Positions 9,079-17,722 of a stretch of DNA of 64,000 nucleotides are shown piece by piece. The notes under the pieces were generated by a model. The model worked only from the letters and a program-made list of their open reading frames with translations. It did not search any database and was not told where the DNA came from. Every line of letters begins with the position of its first letter. Positions within the stretch are counted from its first letter, which is position 1. The DNA comes from Thermoanaerobaculia bacterium. GTDB taxonomy: Bacteria; Acidobacteriota; Thermoanaerobaculia; UBA5066. The DNA lies in assembly GCA_963816185.1 (NCBI GenBank), contig CAWFJJ010000025.1, positions 352,001 through 416,000 of the forward strand, in the 5' to 3' direction. The position numbers and the translations under genes were made by a program.

Positions 9079-9726
9079 TTATGAGCGCTGATCCATGCCG
9101 ACGACATGCTTGGCCGCCTTGAGGTAATTCGTGTTGGGCATGCCGGCGATGCCGAGTCCCTCGACGACCTGCTTCAGCCCCTGATAGTTCTCGCTCTCCG
9201 CACAGGCGGACTCCACCATTGCACCGTTGAACCACACCCGGGCGTATTCGCAGGTGACGCCGTCGATCGTGAACCCCCAGCGCATCTTCTCCACGGAGAC
9301 GGCCGTCATGTCGGGATGCCGGCGGACCATCCGGACGAAATCGTCGATCGTGTACGTGTCCTGGTCCAAGGCCATCTCGACCTTGAGGTTCGCCAGGATC
9401 GTGACGAGATCCGCCTTCTTCACCGGAAACTGAAACTTGCCGCGGGGCTGGAAGATCTCGTAGCCCTCGGGCGTCTCGCCCGTCTTCGTCTTGATGTCGA
9501 GCAGGCCGTCGCGCACCTTCACGTTCGCCTCGTCGGTACGGACGCTCAGGAAGTAGGTCTCGGCGGGCATCTTCCTGGCCTGGAAGAGGACGGTCTTTCC
9601 GTTCCACATCTTTTCCTTGACGAGGTCGATCACGCCCTTGCCGAAGACCCGGAATTCGGCCCGGGGCGTGATCTTCGCGGCATCCTCCGCGGACGTCGCG
9701 GTGTTCCTGGCAAACGGGTCGATCAT
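9079..9726 (-). CDS. Cytoplasmic CYTH-like hypothetical protein
   Basis: PRAEFRVF, ETYFLS, NVKVRDGLLDIK, VEKMRWGF..CEY..ESE pattern resembling tunnel-fold strands. Confidence 0.55.
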   Translation of the reverse strand: MIDPFARNTATSAEDAAKITPRAEFRVFGKGVIDLVKEKMWNGKTVLFQARKMPAETYFLSVRTDEANVKVRDGLLDIKTKTGETPEGYEIFQPRGKFQFPVKKADLVTILANLKVEMALDQDTYTIDDFVRMVRRHPDMTAVSVEKMRWGFTIDGVTCEYARVWFNGAMVESACAESENYQGLKQVVEGLGIAGMPNTNYLKAAKHVVGMDQRS

Positions 9727-9772
9727 GTTTCCCCCTGTCGATCTGTTTCGTCGACGGTCCCCATGGGCACCC

Positions 9773-10495
9773 TCACCCGCCTCCGCGGGCGACGAGGTCG
9801 CGGAAGCGAAAAAGGTAGAGACCGGACAGCGCGACTCCCGCCGCGAGCCACAGGAGCGACCTTCGGCTCGGCACGACTTCCAGCCGCATCGACGTGTCGT
9901 CGCCCTGACCGAGGTTCGCAAGCCTCAGGAGGGCGTTCTGCCGGCCGCCTTCGCCCCCGAGACGGACGCGGGGCTCCACCTCGGACCTCGTCTGCTTCGG
10001 CAGCTGCTCGCGGATGGCCTGGAAGCGCGTGTCCTCGGGGAGGGTCACGAGGAACCGGAAGTCCATGATGAGCGTGACCTGCGAGTTCACGAAGGCGTAG
10101 CGGAGGATGCGGCTGTCGCGGGGCATCGTCAGCTTCATTCCCTCCGCGGGCTCCGGGGCCTTGGCGAAGACCCTCGGGACGTCGAAGGCGAACGCGAGCC
10201 GACCCGCGCCGGCCGTCGCAGGGGGCAGAGTCACCTGGAGCGTGGCCGACTTCTCCGTCGGCGGCTCCACGCGAAGGCCGTCCGTGGCCTCCGTCAGCCG
10301 GAAGTTCATCCCGGCACCGTGACTCAGCGGAATCACGACGGTCTCCGAGGGGTCGCCCGCGATGACGAGGGTGCTGGTCGCGCGGCCTGCGCCGCTGGCG
10401 TCGACGTCCAGCCGCGTCGCGTATTCCCGGATCTCCGCCGCGCTGGCGGGGCCCGGGGCGGACGCGAGGAGCGCGAACGCGAGGATCCTCTTCAT
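9773..10495 (-). CDS. Exported beta-rich protein with C-terminal membrane anchor
   Basis: MKRILAFALLA signal peptide; C-terminal TM; ATGA overlap with the DASS stop. Confidence 0.7.
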   Translation of the reverse strand: MKRILAFALLASAPGPASAAEIREYATRLDVDASGAGRATSTLVIAGDPSETVVIPLSHGAGMNFRLTEATDGLRVEPPTEKSATLQVTLPPATAGAGRLAFAFDVPRVFAKAPEPAEGMKLTMPRDSRILRYAFVNSQVTLIMDFRFLVTLPEDTRFQAIREQLPKQTRSEVEPRVRLGGEGGRQNALLRLANLGQGDDTSMRLEVVPSRRSLLWLAAGVALSGLYLFRFRDLVARGGG

Positions 10496-12054
10496 TTCGG
10501 CATCGCCCAGAAGGACGGCGTGATCCCGAGCCAGTGGAACCACGTGGCGGCGGAGAGGACGAGAAGGACGAGCCCGACCGTGCAGACGGTGATCCCGTAC
10601 TTGAAGTTGTCGATCACGGAGTACTGGTTCGTGGAGAAGAGAATCACGTTCGGCTTTCCGCTGATCGGGAGGCCGACGACCCAGTCGATCGTGAGCGCCG
10701 CGGGAAGGGCGAGCGACACGGGGTCCCAGCCGAGGGCCTTCGCCATCGTGATGATGATCGGGATCATGATGATCGTCCGCACGGTCTTCGAGGTCGTGAG
10801 GAGGTGGCTGTACATCATCACGGCCACGATGATCGTGAAGGCCGCGCCGAAGGGAATCACCTTCAGGTTCATCCCCCCGAACAGCATCCTCACGCCCCAC
10901 TCGGCTGCGCCCGTGTCGTCGAGGGCGAGGCCGCCGGCGTAGGCCCCGGCGCTGAAGATGAGCAGGTGCCACGGGATGTCGGCCTCCTGCCACTGAAGGA
11001 CTCCCCACCGGGGGAACAGCACGAGCACCGCGCCCAGGAGCGCGGCGAACGGAGCGCTGATCTCCACGCCGAACCACCGCATGTGGAAGATGTCCGTCAT
11101 CCAGAGGAAGAGCACGAGGGCGAAGATGGCGAGGGCCTTCTTCTCCTGGAAGCTCAACGGCCCCATCGCCGCGTGCTGCGCCTCGACGAGCGGAAGTCCT
11201 CCCTCCACGCTCGGGACCTGCTCCGCCGCCGGGATCGGAAAGATCAACTTCCGGCCCAGGAACCACATGATCAGCATCGTCACGATGGCGATCGGGGCTC
11301 CGGCGCGCATCCAGTCCATGTAGTAGATGCGGCGGCCGCCCATGCTCTGGATGAAGCCCACGGCGATGAGGTTCGCGCTCGACCCCGTCATGCTGATGGA
11401 CGAGAGCGCCGAGATCCCCGCGAGGTTGAGCAGGAACATGTTCTTGCCGAAGTTGTTCGGATGGGCCTCGCTCGACCCGTAGATGTTCGCGACGACGATC
11501 ATCAGGGGCAGCGTCATGACGCAGCGGGCGGCCGTGGCGGGGATGAGCGGGGCGAGGGCGAGCTGGATGATCACGAACGCGAGGAGCGCCCAGGACGCCT
11601 TGCGGCCGAACTTCACGATGAGGAAGAGCGACATCCGCTTGGCGAGTCGCGTCTTCACGAGCATCGCGGCGAGGATGAACGCCAGGAGGTTGAGCCAGAT
11701 GACCTCCATGCCGAGGACGTCCATGATCGGCTTGGCCGCCGACGTCCGGGTCACGAGGAGCAGGAACATCAGGACCAGGGACGTGACGTACGTCGGGAAG
11801 GGCTCCGTGACCCACCAGACCAGCGCGAGCAGGAAGCAGGCGGTGCCGGATTGGGCCGCCGCGCTGAGGCCCGTTCCGGGCGGGAGGTAGAGGATCAGGA
11901 GGAAGAGGGCGATGCCGCCCGGGAACCCCAGGTAGCGCATCCAGCGCTCGGCGACGCTCTGCGCGTCCCGAGGCTTCGCCGACAGCGTCATCTTCTCCAT
12001 GTCCAGGAGCTCCTGGAGCGTGGGGGCCCTGGCCGGCAGCGCGCTCTCCGCCAT
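10492..12054 (-). CDS. DASS/SLC13 divalent anion:sodium symporter
   Basis: WWVTEPFP, IPATAAR, MTGSSAN and LPISGKPN hairpin motifs. Start may instead be 12000 (SD AGGAG). Confidence 0.9.
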   Translation of the reverse strand: MAESALPARAPTLQELLDMEKMTLSAKPRDAQSVAERWMRYLGFPGGIALFLLILYLPPGTGLSAAAQSGTACFLLALVWWVTEPFPTYVTSLVLMFLLLVTRTSAAKPIMDVLGMEVIWLNLLAFILAAMLVKTRLAKRMSLFLIVKFGRKASWALLAFVIIQLALAPLIPATAARCVMTLPLMIVVANIYGSSEAHPNNFGKNMFLLNLAGISALSSISMTGSSANLIAVGFIQSMGGRRIYYMDWMRAGAPIAIVTMLIMWFLGRKLIFPIPAAEQVPSVEGGLPLVEAQHAAMGPLSFQEKKALAIFALVLFLWMTDIFHMRWFGVEISAPFAALLGAVLVLFPRWGVLQWQEADIPWHLLIFSAGAYAGGLALDDTGAAEWGVRMLFGGMNLKVIPFGAAFTIIVAVMMYSHLLTTSKTVRTIIMIPIIITMAKALGWDPVSLALPAALTIDWVVGLPISGKPNVILFSTNQYSVIDNFKYGITVCTVGLVLLVLSAATWFHWLGITPSFWAMPK

Positions 12055-12069
12055 TGACTCGGCCGGAGC

Positions 12070-12085
12070 TGCACGCGGGGTGCCA
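12070..12085 (-). promoter_or_regulatory. sigma-54 promoter of the DASS-to-regulator operon
   Basis: Minus strand reads TGGCACCCCGCGTGCA (GG-N10-GC). Confidence 0.75.
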
Positions 12086-12137
12086 TGGCCTGTGGGGCGC
12101 GAAAGACCGCAGGATCCGTGCTCATCGCGATCGAGAT

Positions 12138-12192
12138 GGCGAACATTCGCCGCCGAGTGGCGAAATTTCGCCCATGGCGGCGAGATTTCGCT
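12138..12192. promoter_or_regulatory. Three phased palindromes GGCGA-N4-TCGC(C) (UAS type B)
   Basis: Copies at 12138, 12159 and 12179, spaced 21 and 20 bp. Confidence 0.7.
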
Positions 12193-12287
12193 ACTCTGGC
12201 CTCGTGCTCGAAGCGACAGGCAGCGCGCCCTCCGCCTCTTCTCTCGGGATCGGACCGCGGCACGGGCCTTGTAAGGACCGTGCCGCA

Positions 12288-13187
12288 ATGAGGCGGGTCC
12301 GGCTCTTCGGCTCGGCGCTCGCCGCGCTCGTGGCGGTGGCGGCGGTCGCGCTCTTCGTCCGCATTCGCGACCTCACGTCGGAGGGCGCCCTCCTCGCGGC
12401 GCCGTCCGGCGCGGCAGCATCGGACACGCGGCCCGAGCGCGTGATCGGCGTCGTGTCCCGGCTCGCGCCCGTGAGCCTTTACGAGGGTTACCAGCCCATC
12501 CTCGATTACCTCGGCCGGACGACGCCTTATCGGTACCGCCTCCGCGTGGCACGCGGCTACGGCGACGCCGTCGAGGACCTCGTCGCGGGGCGCACGCAGG
12601 GAGCGTTCCTCGGCAGCCTCCTTTACGTGCAGGCACACGCCGTCCACAGGGTGGAACCGCTCGTCCGTCCGCGCAACGCGCGCGGAGAACCGACCTTCGA
12701 GTCGGTCGTCGTGGTCCGCGAGGACAGCCCGGTCCGCCGCCTCGACGACCTAACGCGACACACGGTCGCGGTGCCGCCGCCGGATTCGTTCTCGGCGAAC
12801 TGGCTCCGCGCCGCGGCGCCGGGCGCGGCGTTCGTCGAGCGCACGTTCGCCCACCACGAGGCGGTCGTCCACCAGGTGCTGCGCGGGGCGTGCGACGCCG
12901 GCGTCGTCAAGGAGCGCGTGGCGGCGCCGTACCTCGCGCGCGGCCTGAGGATCGTCGCGCGTTCGGGCCCGATGCCGGGCTCGCCGTTCGTCGTCCTGGG
13001 CGACGCGGAGCCCGCGTTCGTTCGGGCTGTCGCGTCGGCGCTCCTCGCGCTCGATCCGGCACGGCCGGCCGACCGCGAGATCCTCACGAGCTGGGATCCC
13101 GAATTCGCGTGGGGGTTCGCCCCGGCGGCCGACCGCGACTATGACGCCGTCCGCCTGTTCGCCGCCGCACGGGCGCCGTCGCCGTGA
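12288..13187 (+). CDS. PhnD-like phosphate/phosphonate substrate-binding protein
   Basis: N-terminal hydrophobic anchor; YQPILDYL, AFLGSLLY, FESVVVVREDS, SFSAN, HEAVV..V..G..DAG motifs. Confidence 0.85.
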   Translation: MRRVRLFGSALAALVAVAAVALFVRIRDLTSEGALLAAPSGAAASDTRPERVIGVVSRLAPVSLYEGYQPILDYLGRTTPYRYRLRVARGYGDAVEDLVAGRTQGAFLGSLLYVQAHAVHRVEPLVRPRNARGEPTFESVVVVREDSPVRRLDDLTRHTVAVPPPDSFSANWLRAAAPGAAFVERTFAHHEAVVHQVLRGACDAGVVKERVAAPYLARGLRIVARSGPMPGSPFVVLGDAEPAFVRAVASALLALDPARPADREILTSWDPEFAWGFAPAADRDYDAVRLFAAARAPSP

Positions 13188-14635
13188 CGTTTCCCCCAGC
13201 GCGCTCGACGCTCCGCGGGCGCCTGCTCGTCGCGACGGGCGGGACCGTCGCGGTCCTTCTTCTCGCGGTCTTCGTCGTCGTCCTCGTGACGTGGCGCGGA
13301 CGAATCGTCGGCGACCTCGAGCGCAGCGCCCTCGCCGTGACGCGCGCGTTCTCCGTCTCGGTCCTCGAAACGCTCCTCGAGGCCGAGAACGGCGCCGTCA
13401 AGGCGCCCGAGCGGCTCGACGAGTACATCGAGCACCTCATGCGCGACGACCGCCAGATCCGCAGCGTGCGCGTCTACGACCCGGCGGGCGTCCTCGTCTC
13501 CTCCAGCACGCTCTACGAGGTCCCGGCTGCGGCGTCGGCCGCGAAGCCGGCCGCGAGCCGGCGCCTGAGCGCCGTCTACCATAGCCCGCGGTGGGGCTGG
13601 GTCGTCGAGACGAACCTGCCGCTCCGGACGGGCGGGAAGGACTGGGGCCTCCTCGAGGTTCTCTACGACGCCGAGGCGACACGGCGCGAGCTGACGGGCC
13701 TCTACGTCCTCCTCGGCGGCGGGACCCTCGTCATCGTCGCGGTCCTCCTCGTCGTCCTTCGCGCGCTCGTCGTCCGCGAGACGCGTCCGCTGACGGCCCT
13801 CGCGTCGGTCATGGACCGCGTCGACCTCGAATCGGGCGGCGGGCCGCCGCTGCCCGAGTCCGACGACGAGATCGGGACGGTCGTCGCGCAGTTCAACCGG
13901 ATGCGCGCGCGCCTCGCGCAATCGCGCGAGGAGCTGCTCTCGGCGCAGCGCCAGATCTTCCACGCCGAACGCCTCGCCTCGATCGGCCGCCTCGCGTCCG
14001 GCGTGGCGCACGAGGTCAACAACCCGCTCAACGGGATCCGGAGCTGTCTCTACGCGATGCGCCAGGAGCCCGAGAACCGCGCGCAGACGGCCGAATACCT
14101 GGGTCTCATCGAGGAGGGAATCGGCAGGATCGAATCGATCGTCCAGAAGCTTCTCGGCTTCTCCCGAACGTCGCGCGGGGACGCTCCCGTCGATCTGAAC
14201 GCCGAGATCTCCGCCGTCCTCGCCCTTCTCGCATACCGGCTCGACGAGAAGAACGCCGACGTCGTGCGCGTCCTCGCGGAGGACCTCCCGCCCGTGCGCG
14301 GCGAGGCGACGCTCGTGCAGGAGGTCCTCATGAACCTCGTCCTGAATGCCTTCGACGCGATCGGGCCCGGTGGGCGCGTGACGGCCCGGACGGCGCGCGA
14401 CGGGCAGTTCGTGCGCGTGGACGTCGAGGACGACGGCTGCGGGATCGCGGAGGAGGATCTCCCGAAGGTCTTCGATCCGTTCTTCACGACGAAGGATCCC
14501 GGCAAGGGGACCGGGCTCGGCCTCTCGGTCGCCCAGCGAATCGTCGAGGCGCACGGCGGCACGATCGACGTGACGAGCCTCGCCGCGGGAGGGACCTGCT
14601 TCACCGTGCGCCTTCCCGTCGGAGGCGCGGCGTGA
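13184..14635 (+). CDS. Membrane HAMP sensor histidine kinase
   Basis: Two TM segments, [15 protein letters not shown]1/F/G2 boxes. Confidence 0.93.
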   Translation: MTFPPARSTLRGRLLVATGGTVAVLLLAVFVVVLVTWRGRIVGDLERSALAVTRAFSVSVLETLLEAENGAVKAPERLDEYIEHLMRDDRQIRSVRVYDPAGVLVSSSTLYEVPAAASAAKPAASRRLSAVYHSPRWGWVVETNLPLRTGGKDWGLLEVLYDAEATRRELTGLYVLLGGGTLVIVAVLLVVLRALVVRETRPLTALASVMDRVDLESGGGPPLPESDDEIGTVVAQFNRMRARLAQSREELLSAQRQIFHAERLASIGRLASGVAHEVNNPLNGIRSCLYAMRQEPENRAQTAEYLGLIEEGIGRIESIVQKLLGFSRTSRGDAPVDLNAEISAVLALLAYRLDEKNADVVRVLAEDLPPVRGEATLVQEVLMNLVLNAFDAIGPGGRVTARTARDGQFVRVDVEDDGCGIAEEDLPKVFDPFFTTKDPGKGTGLGLSVAQRIVEAHGGTIDVTSLAAGGTCFTVRLPVGGAA

Positions 14636-15987
14636 GGATCCTCCTCGTCGAGGACGAGAAGATCACGCGGGTCTCCCTCTCGCGCACGCTCGCGAAGGCC
14701 GGTCACGCCGTGACGGCCTGCGAGACCGCGGCCGAGGCGCTCGAGGCCCTCGGGAAACCGGCGTTCGACCTCGTCCTGACGGACCTCCGCCTCCCGCGGG
14801 GGTCCGGGATGGACGTCCTCAGGGCCGCGCTTTCTCTCGAGCGGCCGCCGGCCGTCATCCTGATGACGGCGTATGCGTCCGTCGAGACGGCGGTCGAGGC
14901 GATCAAGCTCGGCGCGGCGGACTATCTTACGAAGCCATTCTCGCCGGAACAGCTCCTCCACCGCATCGGCAGGATCGAGGAACTCCGCGCCGCGAAGACC
15001 GAAGTGAGCCGTCTCAGGCGGACGCTCGAGGGCGAGGAGGCACGTTCGATCGTCGGCGCCTCCGCCGTGATGCGCCGCCTTCAGCAGACACTGCGCGTCG
15101 TCGGGGCGCGCGACACGACGGTCCTCGTCGAGGGAGAGAGCGGGACGGGGAAGGAGCTCGTCGCGCGCGCGCTCCATCGGCTCTCGGAGCGCGCCGACGG
15201 ACCCTTCGTCCCCGTGAACTGCGCGGCCATTCCCGAGACGCTCCTCGAGAGCGAGCTTTTCGGGCACGAGAAGGGCTCCTTCTCGGGCGCCGCCTCTCGC
15301 CACGAGGGCTATTTCGAGCGCGCCAACCGCGGAACGATCTTCATCGACGATGTCGACGACTTTCCAATGCCGCTCCAGGTCAAGCTCCTGCGCGTCCTGC
15401 AGGAGCGGGAGTTCCTGCGCGTGGGGGGGCGGACGCCCGTGCGCGTCGACATCCGCGTCGTGTGCGCGACGAAGGTGCGCCTCGCCGAACTCGTCCGGCA
15501 GGGGAGGTTCCGGGAAGATCTCTACTACCGCCTCGCGATCGTCCCGCTGCGCGTGCCGCCGCTCCGCGAACGAAAGGAAGACATCCCGGCCCTCCTCGAC
15601 CATTTCTTCGCCCGATACGGCGCAGGCGCGAAGGCGCGGGCTCGCCTCGCGGCGCTCCTCCCGTCTCTTCTCGAGCACGGCTGGCCGGGCAACGTGCGCG
15701 AGCTCGAGAACGTCGCACAGCGGATCATCGCGCTTCCGGAGATCGAGCGGCTCGACTTCGACGACGTCGCGCGCGTCTCGGCGCCGGCGCTGCCGCCCGT
15801 CATCGCGCCGTCCGACGGAAAGATCGCCTACCGCGACGTCATGGAAACGGCGGACCGGCAGCTCATCCAGTGGGCGCTCGACCGCGCGGGCGGGCACGTG
15901 ACCGCCGCGGCCGAGCTCCTCGACCTGCCGCGCAGCACGCTTCGGAGCAAGATCGAGAAGTACGGGCTGTCCTCGACGGACGCGTGA
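14632..15987 (+). CDS. sigma-54 response regulator with variant motifs
   Basis: GTG start overlapping the kinase stop; [34 protein letters not shown]. Confidence 0.92.
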   Translation: MRILLVEDEKITRVSLSRTLAKAGHAVTACETAAEALEALGKPAFDLVLTDLRLPRGSGMDVLRAALSLERPPAVILMTAYASVETAVEAIKLGAADYLTKPFSPEQLLHRIGRIEELRAAKTEVSRLRRTLEGEEARSIVGASAVMRRLQQTLRVVGARDTTVLVEGESGTGKELVARALHRLSERADGPFVPVNCAAIPETLLESELFGHEKGSFSGAASRHEGYFERANRGTIFIDDVDDFPMPLQVKLLRVLQEREFLRVGGRTPVRVDIRVVCATKVRLAELVRQGRFREDLYYRLAIVPLRVPPLRERKEDIPALLDHFFARYGAGAKARARLAALLPSLLEHGWPGNVRELENVAQRIIALPEIERLDFDDVARVSAPALPPVIAPSDGKIAYRDVMETADRQLIQWALDRAGGHVTAAAELLDLPRSTLRSKIEKYGLSSTDA

Positions 15988-16565
15988 GACTCACCGCGCA
16001 CTCTCCACCCGGGTCCTTGCCGCGTGTCTCGCTCGCGCGGCTCGCGGGGACGTTCGCGCTCGTCGGCGCGACGAGCTTCGGCGGCGGCCTGACGGGCTAC
16101 ATCCGGCGGACGCTCGTCGAGGACCGGCGCTGGCTGACGGACGACGAGTTCCTCGAGGGATTTTCCGTCGCGCAAGCGGTCCCCGGCCCGAACGCGGTCA
16201 ACCTCGCGATCTTCGCCGGCTGGCGGCTGAACGGATCCGCGGGCGCCGCCGTCGCGGTCGCCGCCGTGATGTTCGTGCCGCTTCTCTTCGTCTCCGCGCT
16301 CGCGGCAGGTTGGTCCGCCTGGGCCGCCCAGCCGCACGCGGCCGGCGTCATGAAAGGTCTAGGCGCCTTCGGCGTCGGTATTCTGGCCTCGAGCGGCCTC
16401 TCGATGCTGCGGGCGGCGCGCTTCCGCGGACCGGATCTGCTCCTCGCGCTCGCCGCTTTCCTCTGTGTCGCCATGCTCGGATTCTCCGTGCCAGCCGTTC
16501 TCTTCGGCCTCGCAGCCCTGTCGGCCCTGCGTCCGCGGGGGGCGGACGCGGAGAGGACCCCGTGA
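15984..16565 (+). CDS. Short-chain chromate ion transporter (CHR) subunit 1
   Basis: SFGGG, WLTDDEF, AQAVPGP. Confidence 0.85.
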   Translation: MRLTAHSPPGSLPRVSLARLAGTFALVGATSFGGGLTGYIRRTLVEDRRWLTDDEFLEGFSVAQAVPGPNAVNLAIFAGWRLNGSAGAAVAVAAVMFVPLLFVSALAAGWSAWAAQPHAAGVMKGLGAFGVGILASSGLSMLRAARFRGPDLLLALAAFLCVAMLGFSVPAVLFGLAALSALRPRGADAERTP

Positions 16566-17083
16566 ACGGGACGCTCGTCGAGCTCGCGCGCGTCTTCGCG
16601 CTCCTCTCGCTGACGTCTTTCGGCGGCGGGAACGTCGTGATTCCGGAAATCCAACGCCAGGCCGTCACGATCCACGGCTGGCTCACGCAGGAGGCCTTCA
16701 CGGAAGCGTTCGCGCTCTCGCGCTCGGCGCCGGGGCCGTCGACGCTGTTCGTGCTGCTCGTGGGGTGGCGCGCGGCCGGCGGTCCCGGCGCCGCCGCGGC
16801 AGTCGTCGCGATGTTCCTGCCCGGCGCCGCGCTCATGCAGGGTGCGTGCGCGGCCCTTGCCCGCTGGGGCCGGCGCCCGCTCGTGGGCCGGGCCGTTGCC
16901 GCGTTTCGCCCCGTGACGATCGGGCTCGTCTTCGCGAGCGTCGCCGTCATGGCGCGGTCCACGCTCGTCGATCCCTTCACGCTCGTCGTCGCGGTGCTCG
17001 TCGCCGGTGCCGCGACCTTCACGCGTGCGCCGCTCATCGGTCTGCTCGCGGCGGCGGCCGCCGCCGGGTGGTTCGCCCCGTGA
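16562..17083 (+). CDS. Short-chain chromate ion transporter (CHR) subunit 2
   Basis: SFGGG, GWLT, SRSAPGP. Confidence 0.85.
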   Translation: MNGTLVELARVFALLSLTSFGGGNVVIPEIQRQAVTIHGWLTQEAFTEAFALSRSAPGPSTLFVLLVGWRAAGGPGAAAAVVAMFLPGAALMQGACAALARWGRRPLVGRAVAAFRPVTIGLVFASVAVMARSTLVDPFTLVVAVLVAGAATFTRAPLIGLLAAAAAAGWFAP

Positions 17084-17188
17084 GCGCGGCGGTCGTTCCA
17101 CCCAATTGCGCGGACACCCTCAGGCCGTGTTCTTCCTCTTCTGGTTCGGCAGCGACCTGAAAGAGGACCGGACTGACCGCACGCGGGC

Positions 17189-17641
17189 CTAGCGGAGACC
17201 GAACTTCCTGCGCGCGGCGGAGAGTCGATTGTCGATGGCTTCCTGCCGCATGGCGCCCTGGAAACCTCCCGCGCCGAGCGCGGCGTGCGCTCCCTCGGTG
17301 AGCGTCTCGCGCATGAGGGTGAGCCCTTGCCGCGCTTCCTCCATGCCCGCGCGCTCGTCCTCCGTCGTGCCGCCTCTGCAGGCCGACTCGGCGCTCGCGA
17401 TGGCGGAGGAGACGCGGCCCTCGGCGTCGCTCCACTTCGAGGAGTCGACCGGCATCGACAGGAGGAGACGCGTTGCCTCGGCCAGCGAGCTGTTCGCGCT
17501 CTCGGCGGCCATCAGGCAGCCCGGGCCGGGAGACGTTTCGGCTCCGGCGGACGGGGTGGCCGGAGCGGCATCCTTGTGCGACTTTCGGTAGAACCACACG
17601 GCGAGAGCGATCACGGCGACGAGGATCAGGAACCTGCGCAT
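17189..17641 (-). CDS. Membrane-anchored helical hypothetical protein
   Basis: MRRFLILVAVIALAVWF N-terminal TM; SD GGAGG. Confidence 0.6.
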   Translation of the reverse strand: MRRFLILVAVIALAVWFYRKSHKDAAPATPSAGAETSPGPGCLMAAESANSSLAEATRLLLSMPVDSSKWSDAEGRVSSAIASAESACRGGTTEDERAGMEEARQGLTLMRETLTEGAHAALGAGGFQGAMRQEAIDNRLSAARRKFGLR

Positions 17642-17722
17642 GCAGGCCTCCGGTGCGTTCTCAGCGTAGCACGCGTTCCGCGAGGAGACCGGCACTGCGA
17701 AGAACCGACGTAGACTCGCCGC

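Noticed and set aside
12258-12273. Plus-strand sigma-54-like CGGCACGGGCCTTGTA for the sensor operon
   Set aside because: The -12 is GT rather than GC and it is part of a palindrome, so it is reported only as a hairpin.
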